A stretch of DNA of 63,515 nt, filler included, from Octopus bimaculoides (lineage: Eukaryota), in assembly GCF_001194135.2 (NCBI RefSeq). It is 6 parts of 5 records of this genome, joined end to end, with 100 filler letters (N's around TTAATTAATTAA, not from the genome) between each part and the next. Parts side by side here need not be neighbours in the genome. Positions count along the whole stretch, not along the records: positions 12,697 to 29,637 come from NC_069000.1; positions 29,738 to 39,829 come from NC_068987.1; 4 more parts are not named here. One strand, 5' to 3'. This document shows, piece after piece, positions 25,261-37,968 of the stretch. How positions within the stretch are numbered: position 1 is the first letter of the stretch; each line of letters starts with the position of its first letter. The notes beneath the pieces are model-generated. The model ran no database searches. It was not told the DNA's origin and was given only the letters and a program-made list of their open reading frames with translations. Both the position numbers and the translations under genes were made by a program.

Positions 25261-26036
25261 GAATATACACACCCGCACCCACACCCACACCCAGAGGGAG
25301 AGAAATCAAAGAAAGTCAAAAGAAAAGAGACAAATAAATTTCGGAAACAAAAAAAAACCCCAAGACAGGAAAGACAAATATGATTTGCTGTAGATTGAAA
25401 GGTGTGTATGTGTACACATATACATGCGTGTGTATGTTCACATACACACACCACACACGTGTGTGTGTGTATATATAAAGAGAAGGAGAGAGAGAGATGC
25501 CTAAAGAGAAATAGATGTATGTGTGGAGGAAAAGGAAAGAGATAGAGAGATAAATGTGTAAAGAGAGATGGGCGTTGTATGTGTGACTGTCATCCGACCA
25601 CCTGCCAACGACGCCAATAAACGTGAGACAACGTTCGTTTAAGGAGAAACCTTCATGAACAACACGGCTATTTTCTTTTTTCTTTTTTCTTTTCTCTTTT
25701 TGTCCCCTTCCTCCTTCGCTTCATCTTTCTGCCCCCTGCTCCTCTTCTTTCCTTCCCTTCTTCCATATCCTTCCTCTATATTTTTTCTCCCTTTCTCCTC
25801 CCTGCTTTCAGGGACGCTATTGTCTCCTCTTACTGCTACCTACTCCAGTTTCCCCTCTCTCTGTTCTTTACTCACCTCTTTCTTCTCCTCAGAATTTCCT
25901 TTCTTTCTTTTATCTGCACGTCTGCCTGCCTCCCCACCGCCATTTTATCCTACTTGCCACAACAGTAAATAAGCTTTTAAAATTAAATTGCCTCTGCATG
26001 ACAAACTTCTGGCATACGCCTTCACTCTCTCTCTGT

Positions 26037-26085
<49 letters not shown>

Positions 26086-27589
26086 NNNNNNNNNNNNNNN
26101 NNNNNNNNNNNNNNNNNNNNNNNNNNNNNNNNNNNNNNNNNNNNNNNNNNNNNNNNNNNNNNNNNNNNNNNNNNNNNNNNNNNNNNNNNNNNNNNNNNNN
26201 NNNNNNNNNNNNNNNNNNNNNNNNNNNNNNNNNNNNNNNNNNNNNNNNNNNNNNNNNNNNNNNNNNNNNNNNNNNNNNNNNNNNNNNNNNNNNNNNNNNN
26301 NNNNNNNNNNNNNNNNNNNNNNNNNNNNNNNNNNNNNNNNNNNNNNNNNNNNNNNNNNNNNNNNNNNNNNNNNNNNNNNNNNNNNNNNNNNNNNNNNNNN
26401 NNNNNNNNNNNNNNNNNNNNNNNNNNNNNNNNNNNNNNNNNNNNNNNNNNNNNNNNNNNNNNNNNNNNNNNNNNNNNNNNNNNNNNNNNNNNNNNNNNNN
26501 NNNNNNNNNNNNNNNNNNNNNNNNNNNNNNNNNNNNNNNNNNNNNNNNNNNNNNNNNNNNNNNNNNNNNNNNNNNNNNNNNNNNNNNNNNNNNNNNNNNN
26601 NNNNNNNNNNNNNNNNNNNNNNNNNNNNNNNNNNNNNNNNNNNNNNNNNNNNNNNNNNNNNNNNNNNNNNNNNNNNNNNNNNNNNNNNNNNNNNNNNNNN
26701 NNNNNNNNNNNNNNNNNNNNNNNNNNNNNNNNNNNNNNNNNNNNNNNNNNNNNNNNNNNNNNNNNNNNNNNNNNNNNNNNNNNNNNNNNNNNNNNNNNNN
26801 NNNNNNNNNNNNNNNNNNNNNNNNNNNNNNNNNNNNNNNNNNNNNNNNNNNNNNNNNNNNNNNNNNNNTGTGTGTGTGTGTGTGTGTATACATACATACA
26901 TAACTCTCACTCTCTCTTTCTAGGAAACTGTTTCTGCCCTCATTCTTGTTAACTCTCACTCTCTTTCTCTCCCACTCTTTCTCTTCCTCTCTCTCTGGCT
27001 GGGTAACCATGGACCTCCTCTACAGCAAGACACCTGTTTCTGCCTCTCAAGCCATTGAAAAATCTGCCTCGACAAAGCCTGTCTGACCCATGCAATCATG
27101 GAGAAGTGGACGTTAAATGATGAAGTAAAGCAGCAAAGTATTTAGAATGTGAAACATGAAATGAAAGAAAGTCTGATTGGTGTGACAGGGTCAGATGATA
27201 TCAGTTGAGGACGTAGCTACTATATTGGATGTGATGTGTGACCAATCTGTTGAACAGTTTTGTGCAACAACAATTTATAGAAGTTATGAAATAGTGATGT
27301 AAACATAGAGCAGAGAATGAAATATTGAAAGTTTATTTACCTGGTGGGCTAATTGTTCAACCTTGGATTATAGACGAAATGACATTGTGTATTGAAAGGG
27401 AGAAAACAATGAAAATGTAAATACACAAAAGGAAAGGAATATCATAAGCAGACCTGAAACATAAGCTTCATAATTATTGGTAGGACTTTAATAACTGAAG
27501 GGGTTTTATGAAAACAAACAGGAAAATAGAGAAATTGACTGAAAAAGAAAAAAAAAAAATTCAAGAATAATTTTTAAATGGTGAAAGAA

Positions 27590-28700
27590 GACAAGCATAC
27601 ACCTCTAGGCCATACTCCCATGATTTGTGAAATATTTCTTAAAAGAATCCTTTTGGTTACACCTTTTTCAAGGTTCTTACAGATAAAAGGGTAGAGGTAT
27701 GACCCTGTATTTAGGTTTCCTAAAAGGTTCATACTTAGAGATCGAGTAAGACATGTAGGAAATTAATTCTTGTTGGGTTAGCTTCAAAAGGGATTTTCAA
27801 GCTGAAAGACCTGAATGTCTGGATAAGATCTTTTCATAGCCTGATTAATGTATGTACGTTTATTGGCCTAGGACAGCCAAAACATCATTTCTGCACGAAC
27901 CAAAGCTGAACAAATAACCATTCAAGATGAAAGCTGTCTGTATTATATCAAATGATCAAATGATCTCATGCCTAAGGATCTGCCTGGGTTTGGATCTTTG
28001 AACCAGCACAGAGTAAAAGAGGATGGTCTTTCTAGCATGGAACATCACTTCTGTGCCACTATTACTAATCATATTGTATGATCTGGCAAGATTTAGTGTC
28101 TTAGTAATTCTTTAGACATCAATGGTTCAAAATCCATCTTGTTAAATTGGATGAACTTTGCATTGTTTTTATTTCTTACTTTCTTGAAAGCAGGCAATGA
28201 TCTCACAAGTATTATTCCATTGCATGAGATTGGTAGCTATTCTTTTGTCAAAGTATATTCTTAGAAATGAAACTGAAATTAGATTTTTGCTGGGTTTATT
28301 AACCAATGCTTTGGATTGGATGCAAAATTACTTTCATGATCCTTAATCATGACAAAGACATTGCACTTAGCTAGTGTCTCCGCCTAATCATCAATACTTA
28401 ATTTCATTCCTTTGTTTATAAGTTCCCAATGCTATGGTAACCTTAGGAACTTATCATAACATTACATTTAGTGTAATTCTGTCATTTAGGAATTACACAT
28501 AAAATCTGTCATCCCCACTGTTGAAGTTCTCTGTTTTGTCTGAAAATGATTGGACTTTTTGAACTCCAATCTTTGAATGATTAAAGGATTGATGAAGTTT
28601 GAGGCTTCCTTCTAAACTTGAATTTTTCTAGATTCTCCATTTTTGACTGCTGTCCAGAGCAATACAAACATGCTTTTTATCTCATTTGCCTAACAAGATC
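27590..28700 (-). mobile_element. Penelope-like element reverse transcriptase relic (motif style I associate with the Nematis clade)
   Basis: Minus strand gives IQRLEFKKSNHFQ, NVFVMIKDHESNFASNPKHWLINPAK, KFIQF, MRSFD (cf. MGSxDG), CRNDVLAV (cf. YRDDGL) and EANPTRINFLHVLLDL..YEPFRKP, in the expected order, with many stops. Confidence 0.8.
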
Positions 28701-29372
28701 TACTGTCTTCTCAGGTAATTTTCTAGGGTCAGGGTCTCACTCATTCGGTGATGTGGAGTAGTCGAGGTTGTACAAATCCATGGCTAGTGTATTGTTTATT
28801 TATTTATTTTTTTGCTGGAAAGAGTGTTCAAACCACACAGACTGTACCTATATATATATTACAAGCCTTGGAGAGGTCTCTTGGTATCTTATACAATATA
28901 GAAGGTGCAATTGGAGTGTGTCAATTGATTAAAGAAGTTATAAACCCCAAAACGCAGAGCAGTCAATATACAGGATATACAGTTAAGTTATATATTAACA
29001 ATATAATCACCTACATGACATTTACTACGAGTTTCTACTCAATGTGGGGTGGCCTTTAGGATTGTCTGTTAAAAGTTGTGAATCTGAATAACTTTTGACA
29101 TGGAAAGCTTCTGAGTTTTATAGAGAAAAATTAACCACTCCAGAGTCTCAGTTGAACTATGGTCAAAGGGAATGCACTCAGCTGGATTTACAAAAAAGGG
29201 TGGTGGTTTCCCTTGGTTCTGAAAACCCTTAGTGTGTATATGGCTGTCTATAAAAGTATGAATGACAGAAGGATTGAAAGTCAAGAGAAAGGAAGAAAGT
29301 TAGAAGGAGAAAAACAGTATCCATTCTAGCTTCCTTGGAAGATCCTATGGTAGGTGTGATAATTAAAAAAAA

Positions 29373-29404
<32 letters not shown>

Positions 29405-29406
<2 letters not shown>

Positions 29407-29637
29407 CATCATCATCATCATCATCGTTTAACGTCCGCTTTCCATGCTAGCATGGGTTGGACGATTTGACTGAGGACTGGTGAAACCGGATGGCAACACC
29501 AGGCTCCAGTCTGATTTGGCAGAGTTTCTACAGCTGGATGCCCTTCCTAACGCCAACCACTCAGAGAGTGTAGTGGGTGCTTTTACGTGTCACCCGCACG
29601 AAAACGGCCACGCTCGAAATGGTGTCTTTTATGTGCC
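29405..29637 (-). mobile_element. SINE-like family C, young copy running into a scaffold join
   Basis: (CAT)n then cgtttaacgtccgctttccatgctagcatgggttggacg...ggatgcccttcctaacgccaaccac; CpGs retained. Confidence 0.9.
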
Positions 29638-29973
29638 NNNNNNNNNNNNNNNNNNNNNNNNNNNNNNNNNNNNNNNNNNNNTTAATTAATTAANNNNNNN
29701 NNNNNNNNNNNNNNNNNNNNNNNNNNNNNNNNNNNNNCAAACGTTTTAGACGTACTACAGAAGTTTTACTTATAATTAAACACAGACTGATATTCAGTAG
29801 ACAATTATCTAGTTCAATAAAATCTTACATCGTCTTCAGTGATTACTTTAATTAAGTTTCCTTTATAATAGCTTCTTTCATTAAGAATTGTCTGCTTTAT
29901 CTTGCATCTAGCCGCGCCGGTTCATTATGAACGTATATACTATACAGTAATCAACTCCATATATACTATTCAG

Positions 29974-30021
29974 CTTATGTTTGCTCGCCGGTCGGGTTTC
30001 GACGATTGCTGTGTAAGAAAG
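29974..30021 (+). CDS. Candidate 48-nt coding exon (xYVCSPVGFRRLLCKK-G)
   Basis: ...actattcAG acceptor and AAG|GTAACA donor. One open frame ends in phase 1, compatible with the candidate exon at 30663. Confidence 0.3.
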
Positions 30022-30176
30022 GTAACAAACCTTACTATTGTTATCAGTAGTTGAGAAAAATTCACGAAGTATCTAGCTAATATATAATGCAGTCATATGT
30101 TTAACGATATATATCGTAGCAAAGAGAAATTTCTGAAATATGTAAATACATACATACATACATACATACATACATG

Positions 30177-30269
<93 letters not shown>

Positions 30270-30479
30270 TTGTCGTTAGCTACGGAAGCCGTACTGGTTC
30301 AAAATAATCTGTATATCTTACTTAATGTGCATATACGGTAGAAGGCCAAACAAATGTGGTATTCGTCTCGAGAAAGCATCTCGTATATCCACATTAGATA
30401 AAATATACAAAATGATATATATGTATATATATATATATATACATGCATGCATGCATACATACATACATACATACATACA

Positions 30480-30512
<33 letters not shown>

Positions 30513-30662
30513 TCTTTCATACATCGGTAGAGTATGAAGCATTGATGTTATCTCTACACAACGATTATGCTTGCAGCAGAAATTCCTTCCTTTCGATTCA
30601 AAATGCGTCCAAAGAGGAAAGAACCCAACCAAAGAGGTTATATATTTGTTTATTTACAATAG

Positions 30663-30840
30663 CAACGGACAGTGATATACGAGTTGGCGATGTCATTCTT
30701 CGCATACAACAACGACGTTTCACTATACACTGTCAAGAAGATGTAGATTTCAATCGAAATAATGTAGCTTTCACATTTAGGAATATGGCCGATCTATTGA
30801 CATTGCTTCTAGGATGTTCATTAAATCATTTTAAGGATCT
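30663..30840 (+). CDS. Candidate 178-nt coding exon (ATDSDIRVGDVILRIQQRRFTIHCQEDVDFNRNNVAFTFRNMADLLTLLLGCSLNHFKDL) of an unidentified gene
   Basis: ttgtttatttacaatAG acceptor, CT|GTGAGT donor, 58 open codons, in-frame TGA immediately inside the intron, non-repetitive sequence. Confidence 0.45.
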
Positions 30841-31185
30841 GTGAGTATGATATATTAGTACAGTTAAATGTAAAACTGCTAATTTCATAGACATAACGTT
30901 CGGCTAGTGTCTAAGGGGAAATAGCTATTAAAGCAAAATGGTAAACATTGAGTTTATATGTGGATACAATAAATTTATCTACTGTTCAGCAAACATACTT
31001 TGATGCGAATCACACATAATATGTGGTCATATGGCCTGCTAGAAATAGCGACCAAATACCTCGCTCGAATTACACCCAACTATCCTAAACAAAGCAAAGA
31101 TTCTATGGATAATATAGTCCCATAGGCACACATACATACATATACGTATCTGTGTGTGTGCATAGGTAGATAGCTAGCTAACTAA

Positions 31186-31186
<1 letters not shown>

Positions 31187-31267
<81 letters not shown>
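31187..31267. repeat. (GATA)n microsatellite
   Basis: Directly visible tandem repeats. Confidence 0.95.
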
Positions 31268-31649
31268 GTACTACGTTGTGTGAGAGTGCAGAGTATATGA
31301 TGTATGTGTGTCTGGAAAGAATAGACGGAATACATTGGCTGAAATGATTTTGTTCTATTAGATAAGGCCTGAGGTTAAATAGTTTCAGTAACATAACTTC
31401 TTCCAAACGCATGAAGCCCTGCATTTATATTAAAGGAATGATGGAGGTTTACGGCGACCGTTCACTTTTCCAGAGATTTTTGTAACGTAACAGATCCACT
31501 ATTGTATATACGCATCCAGTATGCATTCAAGATGTCGTAGTTTGCTTTGGATTACCATCTATCCAGCTGCATCCGCAATGTGTCTTATATCTTTCTTATG
31601 GATTTTGCTGTGCCAGTCAAGCAATAATTTTATTCTTTTAATTAGAAAC

Positions 31650-32110
31650 TTGACCTCAGTATCTGACATTTTCAACCAATTACTTAAACTTCTTTCCACT
31701 ATTTTTAAAAGCGTTATTTCTCATTAGTGTGACAGTAAATTTACAGTAATTCCAACTTCTCTAAATTTTGTATTTTATGTCTTTATCTTCTGTTTTTCTT
31801 CTCCTTACTCACGTCTTTTGTTTAGTTATATTTTCGTCTCCCATTTTCGTATCAAATTAGCAAGCAACATGCTCTTTCCTCTTTATTGAGTAATATAATA
31901 TCTGGATATAAACGTTCTATTTGTCTATGCATTTGCAGCTTCATATCCGTATTCGTTTAAAGAATATGTTCTGCTTCAAAGTCATGACACTTTCTATCAT
32001 TCTCATGTCCAAACTTTTACATTATTAGAACTTTGTCATGTTTCCAATTCTTATAAACCTCTGAGCAAACATTCACTATTCAGAGACTTTATGCAGGACA
32101 GTCTCTTCTC
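31650..32110 (-). mobile_element. Highly degenerate RLE-type LINE 3' region
   Basis: Minus strand gives YPDIILLNKEERACCLLI followed by a Lys/Glu-rich stretch, resembling the PD..D..K..KY endonuclease region. Confidence 0.45.
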
Positions 32111-32344
32111 TTTCACCACACATTTTATACGCAGCAACGATGTCTTCCACACACACTCACACACACACATAATATGTGCGTACATATGTGTGTGTGAGCG
32201 CGCGTGCGTATCATTTTGATTCCTTGAACCAGTTTAGTTAGATTCAAGTTCACTTCTTTCGGCAATGATAATGTTTCTCATCTCGATATCTTTCACTATT
32301 CGACTTCGCCTTTCCTTTTTTTTCTTTTTTTTGTTTTTTTTTGA

Positions 32345-32462
32345 GGTGGGGGTTCCATAAAATAAGTACCAGGTGAACACTGAGGTCGATGTAATAGACT
32401 AGCTCTTCGCCCCTCCCCTCAAAAATCTCAGGCTTTGTGCCAGTAGTAGGACGGATTATTAT
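32345..32462 (+). mobile_element. SINE family A 3' half
   Basis: cataaaataagtaccaggtgaacactgaggtcgatgtaatagac...ggctttgtgccagtagtaggacggatt. Confidence 0.75.
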
Positions 32463-33012
32463 CACTATTTTTACTGTTGTTGACGTATGTATATATACAA
32501 ATACAAGTACGTGTATAAAACGTACATACATAATACATACATACATACATACGTGCATACATAACATACATACATATATGCACCCACATACATACATATA
32601 TACAAACATACACGCACAGGCATACTTGCATACACATACATACGTACACATATACATACACATATACATACACATATACATACACACGCATACATANNNN
32701 NNNNNNNNNNNNNNNNNNNNNNNNNNNNNNNNNNNNNNNNNNNNNNNNNNNNNNNNNNNNNNNNNNNNNNNNNNNNNNNNNNNNNNNNNNNNNNNNNNNN
32801 NNNNNNNNNNNNNNNNNNNNNNNNNNNNNNNNNNNNNNNNNNNNNNNNNNNNNNNNNNNNNNNNNNNNNNNNNNNNNNNNNNNNNNNNNNNNNNNNNNNN
32901 NNNNNNNNNNNNNNNNNNNNNNNNNNNNNNNNNNNNNNNNNNNNNNNNNNNNNNNNNNNNNNNNNNNNNNNNNNNNNNNNNNNNNNNNNNNNNNNNNNNN
33001 NNNNNNNNNNNN

Positions 33013-33042
<30 letters not shown>

Positions 33043-33043
<1 letters not shown>

Positions 33044-33240
33044 TGTCTTTGTCCACCCACTGCTTGACAACAGGTTTTGGTCCGTTTATATCCTCGTAAC
33101 TTAGCGATTCCGCAAAAGAAACCGATACAATTAGTGCTAGACATAAAAATATATAAGTACTGATTTGCTCGACTGAACCCTTCAAGGCGATGCTCCAGCA
33201 AGGCCGCAATCCAACGACTGAAACAACTGAAAGGCAAAAA
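33043..33240 (+). mobile_element. SINE family B 3' half after an N gap
   Basis: ttgtctttgtccacccactgcttgacaac...gtaacttagcgattccgcaaaagaaaccgat...gctccagcaaggccgcaatcc. Confidence 0.8.
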
Positions 33241-33259
33241 AAAAATGTATATTTTACAG

Positions 33260-34010
33260 AGTCGTAAAGTTTGTATTGTTGTTGGCAGTCTCTCGTTTCC
33301 GAGAAAGACAATTCTGCAACTTCTTGCTAAACAACTTGTACAGACGTTTTGTTTATAGTGACCATATGTTTGTGCTGTATATAAATTCACTCATTCCATC
33401 ATATTGATACTGCTTGTGCAAATGTACGGCGTGCCACACGTCGAAGTGTTTGCAGAACGTAAAATGAAGGTATTTTGCTCAAGACCACAATGCATCGTAC
33501 TACACACATTACATACTTTCGTATTAAATATGGAAGAATTCGAAAGCATTTACTTCACCAAGAATTATGTTTTGCAAAAATACCTCCTTGCAAAGAGAAG
33601 TTAAAATACAAACACTTCTAAAGACTGATCTGATAAAAGGTAATATTCATATAGGAGATTTTTAAGAAAAAATATCAATTGATTGGGCATCATGAAAAGT
33701 ATACATTCAATGTGTTTGTGCAATTTGAAGAGAATTGAATTAAATGCGTAAAACTGACGCGAGACTCAACGAAAAGAAGCCATAAAGATATCTATAATTC
33801 CGCCAAGCGTTCAACTTGTAACCGAGTTTGACTTTCGTTTGCTGGTCTTGTTAGCCATTCAAGGTTGTATGAATGAAACAATGCAAGTTAACAATAAATT
33901 ATTGCCACCTGCAGGAACATGTCTGCCAATTGTGTAATAAATGTTGTCTTTCTTATTGGCGGTCTGAAGAGACACGTCTGTACACAATGGCAAATGTCAT
34001 GATTTTGAAT
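33260..34010 (+). mobile_element. Degenerate RTE LINE 3' region
   Basis: YGRIRKHLLHQELCFAKIPPCKEKLKYK (cf. R.PKQLLYGEL..G.R..G..KLRYKD) and terminal Cys/His motifs (FAGLVSHSR; CQLCNKCCL..LKRH). Confidence 0.6.
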
Positions 34011-34292
34011 AGCAAATTAAATGAGGAAACATTTACGTAAGAGTTATAGTGAAAGCCGATCTTCAGCTGGGGCTAAAGAGTCATCATAGCTTTAGAGCTC
34101 ATTAACAAGCAATAGTCGTAATTATTAAGTCGACTGCTACGATATATATATATATATATATATATANNNNNNNNNNNNNNNNNNNNNNNNNNNNNNNNNN
34201 NNNNNNNNNNNNNNNNNNNNNNNNNNNNNNNNNNNNNNNNNNNNNNNNNNNNNNNNNNNNNNNNNNNNNNNNNNNNNNNNNATATATGTATG

Positions 34293-34343
<51 letters not shown>

Positions 34344-34525
34344 GTGTGTGTGTATGTGTGTGCGTGCGCATGTGTTTTTATGCTTACTACATACGTAAGT
34401 ATATACATGCGTGTGCCTATGTGTGAGTGGGTGTAAGAATGTATGTTCACATACATATATATTGTTTGTGTAGGTATATACATACAAACATATATGTGTG
34501 TGCGTATGTGTTGTGTGCATGTATG

Positions 34526-34557
<32 letters not shown>

Positions 34558-34711
34558 ATACATATATACGCACACACACACATATGTATATATATAGAGG
34601 GAGAGAGAGACAGACACACACACACACACACATACAAATAGACAAACACACACACACACACATACACACACGCACGCACGCAGACACACATATACACACA
34701 CAGAGAATATA

Positions 34712-35864
34712 TTAAGTTGTCAAGAAAGTTCGTGCGGAATCTTTTATTTTGGTTTTAAATTATATATTTTCCAATTAATTATCGTTAAATTACTTTGACT
34801 TTATATATCATTTCAAAGCCTGTTTTTCACTCTATCTAATGATGCTACTCTTTTTCGTTCTGGGTANNNNNNNNNNNNNNNNNNNNNNNNNNNNNNNNNN
34901 NNNNNNNNNNNNNNNNNNNNNNNNNNNNNNNNNNNNNNNNNNNNNNNNNNNNNNNNNNNNNNNNNNNNNNNNNNNNNNNNNNNNNNNNNNNNNNNNNNNN
35001 NNNNNNNNNNNNNNNNNNNNNNNNNNNCTTGCTTCTGAATTAGACGTAACGTATACGACATTTCCAACCACTTGAAAGAGATTGGGAAAACAAAAATACT
35101 TGAGAAATGGGTACCGCACGAATTGAACGACAACCAAAAAAAACCACCGTTTTGAAGTGTCGTCTTCCCTTATTTTACGCAACAAGACCGACCCGTTTCT
35201 CGACAGGATTGTGACTTGCGATGAAAAGTGGATTCTTTACGACAACCGGCGACGCTTAGCTCAGTGGTTGGACGCTGACGAAGCTCCACGGCACTTCTCG
35301 AAGCCAAAGTTGCACCAAAAGAAGGTCATGGTAAATGTTTGGTGGTCTGCGTCCGATCACATCCATCACAGCTTTTTGGATCCAGGCCAAACCATTACGG
35401 CAGAGGAGTACTGTCAGCAAATGGTTGAAATGCATAAGAAACTCCAACAACAACCAGCATTGGTCAATAGAAAAGGATCAATTCTTCTCCACGACAACGC
35501 TCGGCCGCACGTCGTACAAGTGACCCTGCAGAAGTTGAACGAATTGGGCTATGAAACTCTGCCTCATCCGCCATATTCACCAGACCTCTCGCCTACCGAA
35601 AATCACTTTTTCAAGCATCTCGACAACTTCCTACGTGAGAAATGCTTCAAAAACCAAGACGATGCCAAACACGCCTTCAACGACTTCATCGCCACAAGAA
35701 CGCATGATTCTTACGCTACTGGCATAAAAGAAACTTGTTTCGCGTTGGCAAAAGTGTGTTGATTCTAGTGGTATTTATTTCGATTAATAAAGTTTTGTTT
35801 GAGCCGAGATACGTGCATCTGAATCTAAATGTTAATAACCGCCAAAACGTTCTTGACGACCTAA
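34712..35864 (+). mobile_element. mariner transposon (Hsmar1/cecropia-like), both TIRs and TA TSDs present, transposase disrupted
   Basis: TIRs ttaagttgtcaagaaagttcgtgcgg / ccgccaaaacgttcttgacgacctaa, TA on both sides. [22 protein letters not shown] and YSPDLSPT motifs. Frameshifts and an N gap in the 5' half. Confidence 0.95.
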
Positions 35865-36544
35865 TAAATAGACAGTTTAATAATGTGAGCTCTGTCTTAA
35901 AATGCTGTAACGTATTAATCGATGTCCGTGCATACCTGTTATAAATGCACTCACACACACACACGCACACACAAAACACACAAAATACACACGGATACTC
36001 ATATATACATATAGATATGCATGAATGGATGTCAGTGTATGTGATCTATAATATGTGTGCTCTGTCTTACAATATTAACATATTCGCTACAGTTTACGTA
36101 ACTTCTAGTATCATAACTATAATTATTTGCGTATTACTTTATCTTTCCTAGACCATCGACGTGTTGTGAGGCCTCAATATTCTGTTTATTTCTCCAAACA
36201 GAACCTTTGAAAATTACATTCTTTATATACATTATTTCTATTTTTATACATAAATATATAAATCTTCCTCCTAACATTGCTTCGTTATATTACAGATTCA
36301 AATACGTCTTCGATTTCGTTCGATAGTTAAAATTGCTTATTATGTAACACCGGAACTTCATGACGAGCAGAATAATATAGATTATAATCAGATGGTCCCA
36401 TTCCTGCTTTTTTTTTCTGCTGCTGCTGCTGCTGTTTTTGCTGTTACTGCTGTTTAGCTCCAAGCCAAACCTAACTGAGTCAGATCGTTTCTGAAATGTA
36501 TTTAAGACATAATTGCTCACCCGTCTTTATTTTAGCTGTTATTC

Positions 36545-36770
36545 TAGGCCAGGGCGATGCTTTGGCAAAATCGTTACAGTATCGGAAAAATTGTTTTGTA
36601 GTATTTCTTCCGGCTCTATAGGTTCTGAGTTCAAATTTCACGGAAGTCAATTTTGCCTTCCATTTTTTCGGGGTTGATAAAATAAGTACTAGTCAGGTCC
36701 AGGGTCGATGACATCAATTCACCTTCTCTCAAAATGATGGCCTTGTGCCTGAACTAGAAACTGCTATCCC
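36545..36770 (+). mobile_element. SINE family A, degenerate
   Basis: ggttctgagttcaaatttcacggaagtcaattttgccttccattttttcggggttgataaaataagtac. Confidence 0.75.
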
Positions 36771-37407
36771 AGGCATTGGCTTGGAAGACTATGACAGTAG
36801 GCGGGGGAGGCTTTATAGCATAAAACAATAGATGGGAAACTGAACTATACAACACCGGCCCAGAACTGATCGAAGCCATTCGTAGAGAGAAGGGCCTCTT
36901 AAGGAAGACCCCCTAGGGTTATTCATTGATCTGATTGTGCAAAGAGAAGAACATCTAGGATTACATTATCCTGGATACACAAGAAAATATCCTTATCTCT
37001 TTGTAGGGCGCAATTTGAAGGAGATTTAGCTGCTGTTGTTTCTAACAGGTCGAGCGGTCGCCAACACAGCCAGTTTCTTAAAATCTTTCATGGATTGCAA
37101 TTATTGCTGTTGTCTTAACTTTTCACAACTCTGTTGAAAAGATATGATCAAAGACATTCCATTTGTGATCATCCCCTCTGTTTAAGAGTATCTAGGACCA
37201 TTTTATCCAATATATACCCTTTGTTTTTCTAAGATAGTTGAGTGTTATTGGACAGAGGTTTGATTTTTATTTTTAAAAGATCGAGCAGTTACACTGAGGA
37301 TTCTTTCTTTAGACTAACGAAGGACTATTTTCGTATATAATAGCCTCTACTTTTAAATCTAGTCTACGGAGCCAGAAGTACGAGCCTTGTTAATATTTTT
37401 ACTCTTT

Positions 37408-37968
37408 AAGGCGGCGAGCTGGCAGAAACGTTAGCACGCCGGGCGAAATGCTTAGCGGTATTTCGTCCGTCTCCACGTTCTGAGTTCAAATTACGCCGAG
37501 GCCGACTTTATCTTTCATCCTTTCGGAGTCGATAAAATAAGTACCAGTTGAGAACTGCGGTCGATGTCATCGACTTGCCCCCTCTCCCAATATTTCAAGC
37601 CTTGTGCCTATAGTAGAACAAATGTTTTAATTCTTCGAATCAGCGAGCTGGTAGAATCGTTAGCACGTCGGGCGAAATGATTAGCGGTATTTCGTCTGCC
37701 GCTACGTTCTGAGTTAAGATTCCGCCGAGGTTGACTTTGCCTTTCATCCTTTCGGGGTCGATTAAATAAGTACCAGTTACGCACTGGGGTCGATATAATC
37801 GACTTAATCTGTTTGTCTGTCCTTGTTTGTCCCCTCTGTGTATAACCCCTTGTGGGCAGTAAAGAAATAGGTATTTCTCTCCTTTTCACTTTTTGAGTTC
37901 AAATTCTGCCAAGGCCGACTTCACCTTTCATCCTTTCGTATTTCATGAAATAAGTACCAGTTGAATGC
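37408..37968 (+). mobile_element. Cluster of three same-orientation family A SINEs (37408-37622, 37641-37872, partial 37890-37968)
   Basis: Repeated head gcgagctggcagaa and core; CpGs largely retained. Confidence 0.9.

Noticed and set aside
35157-35762. mariner transposase with E at the third catalytic position (D,D34E; SPDLSPTE)
   Set aside because: The neighbouring codon is also altered (ENH versus DYH) and the copy has frameshifts, so this is probably neutral decay rather than a new family.
36290-36520. 76-aa minus-strand ORF and nearby acceptor-like sites
   Set aside because: Includes a (CAG)/(A)n low-complexity tract and has no matching donor or recognisable protein.
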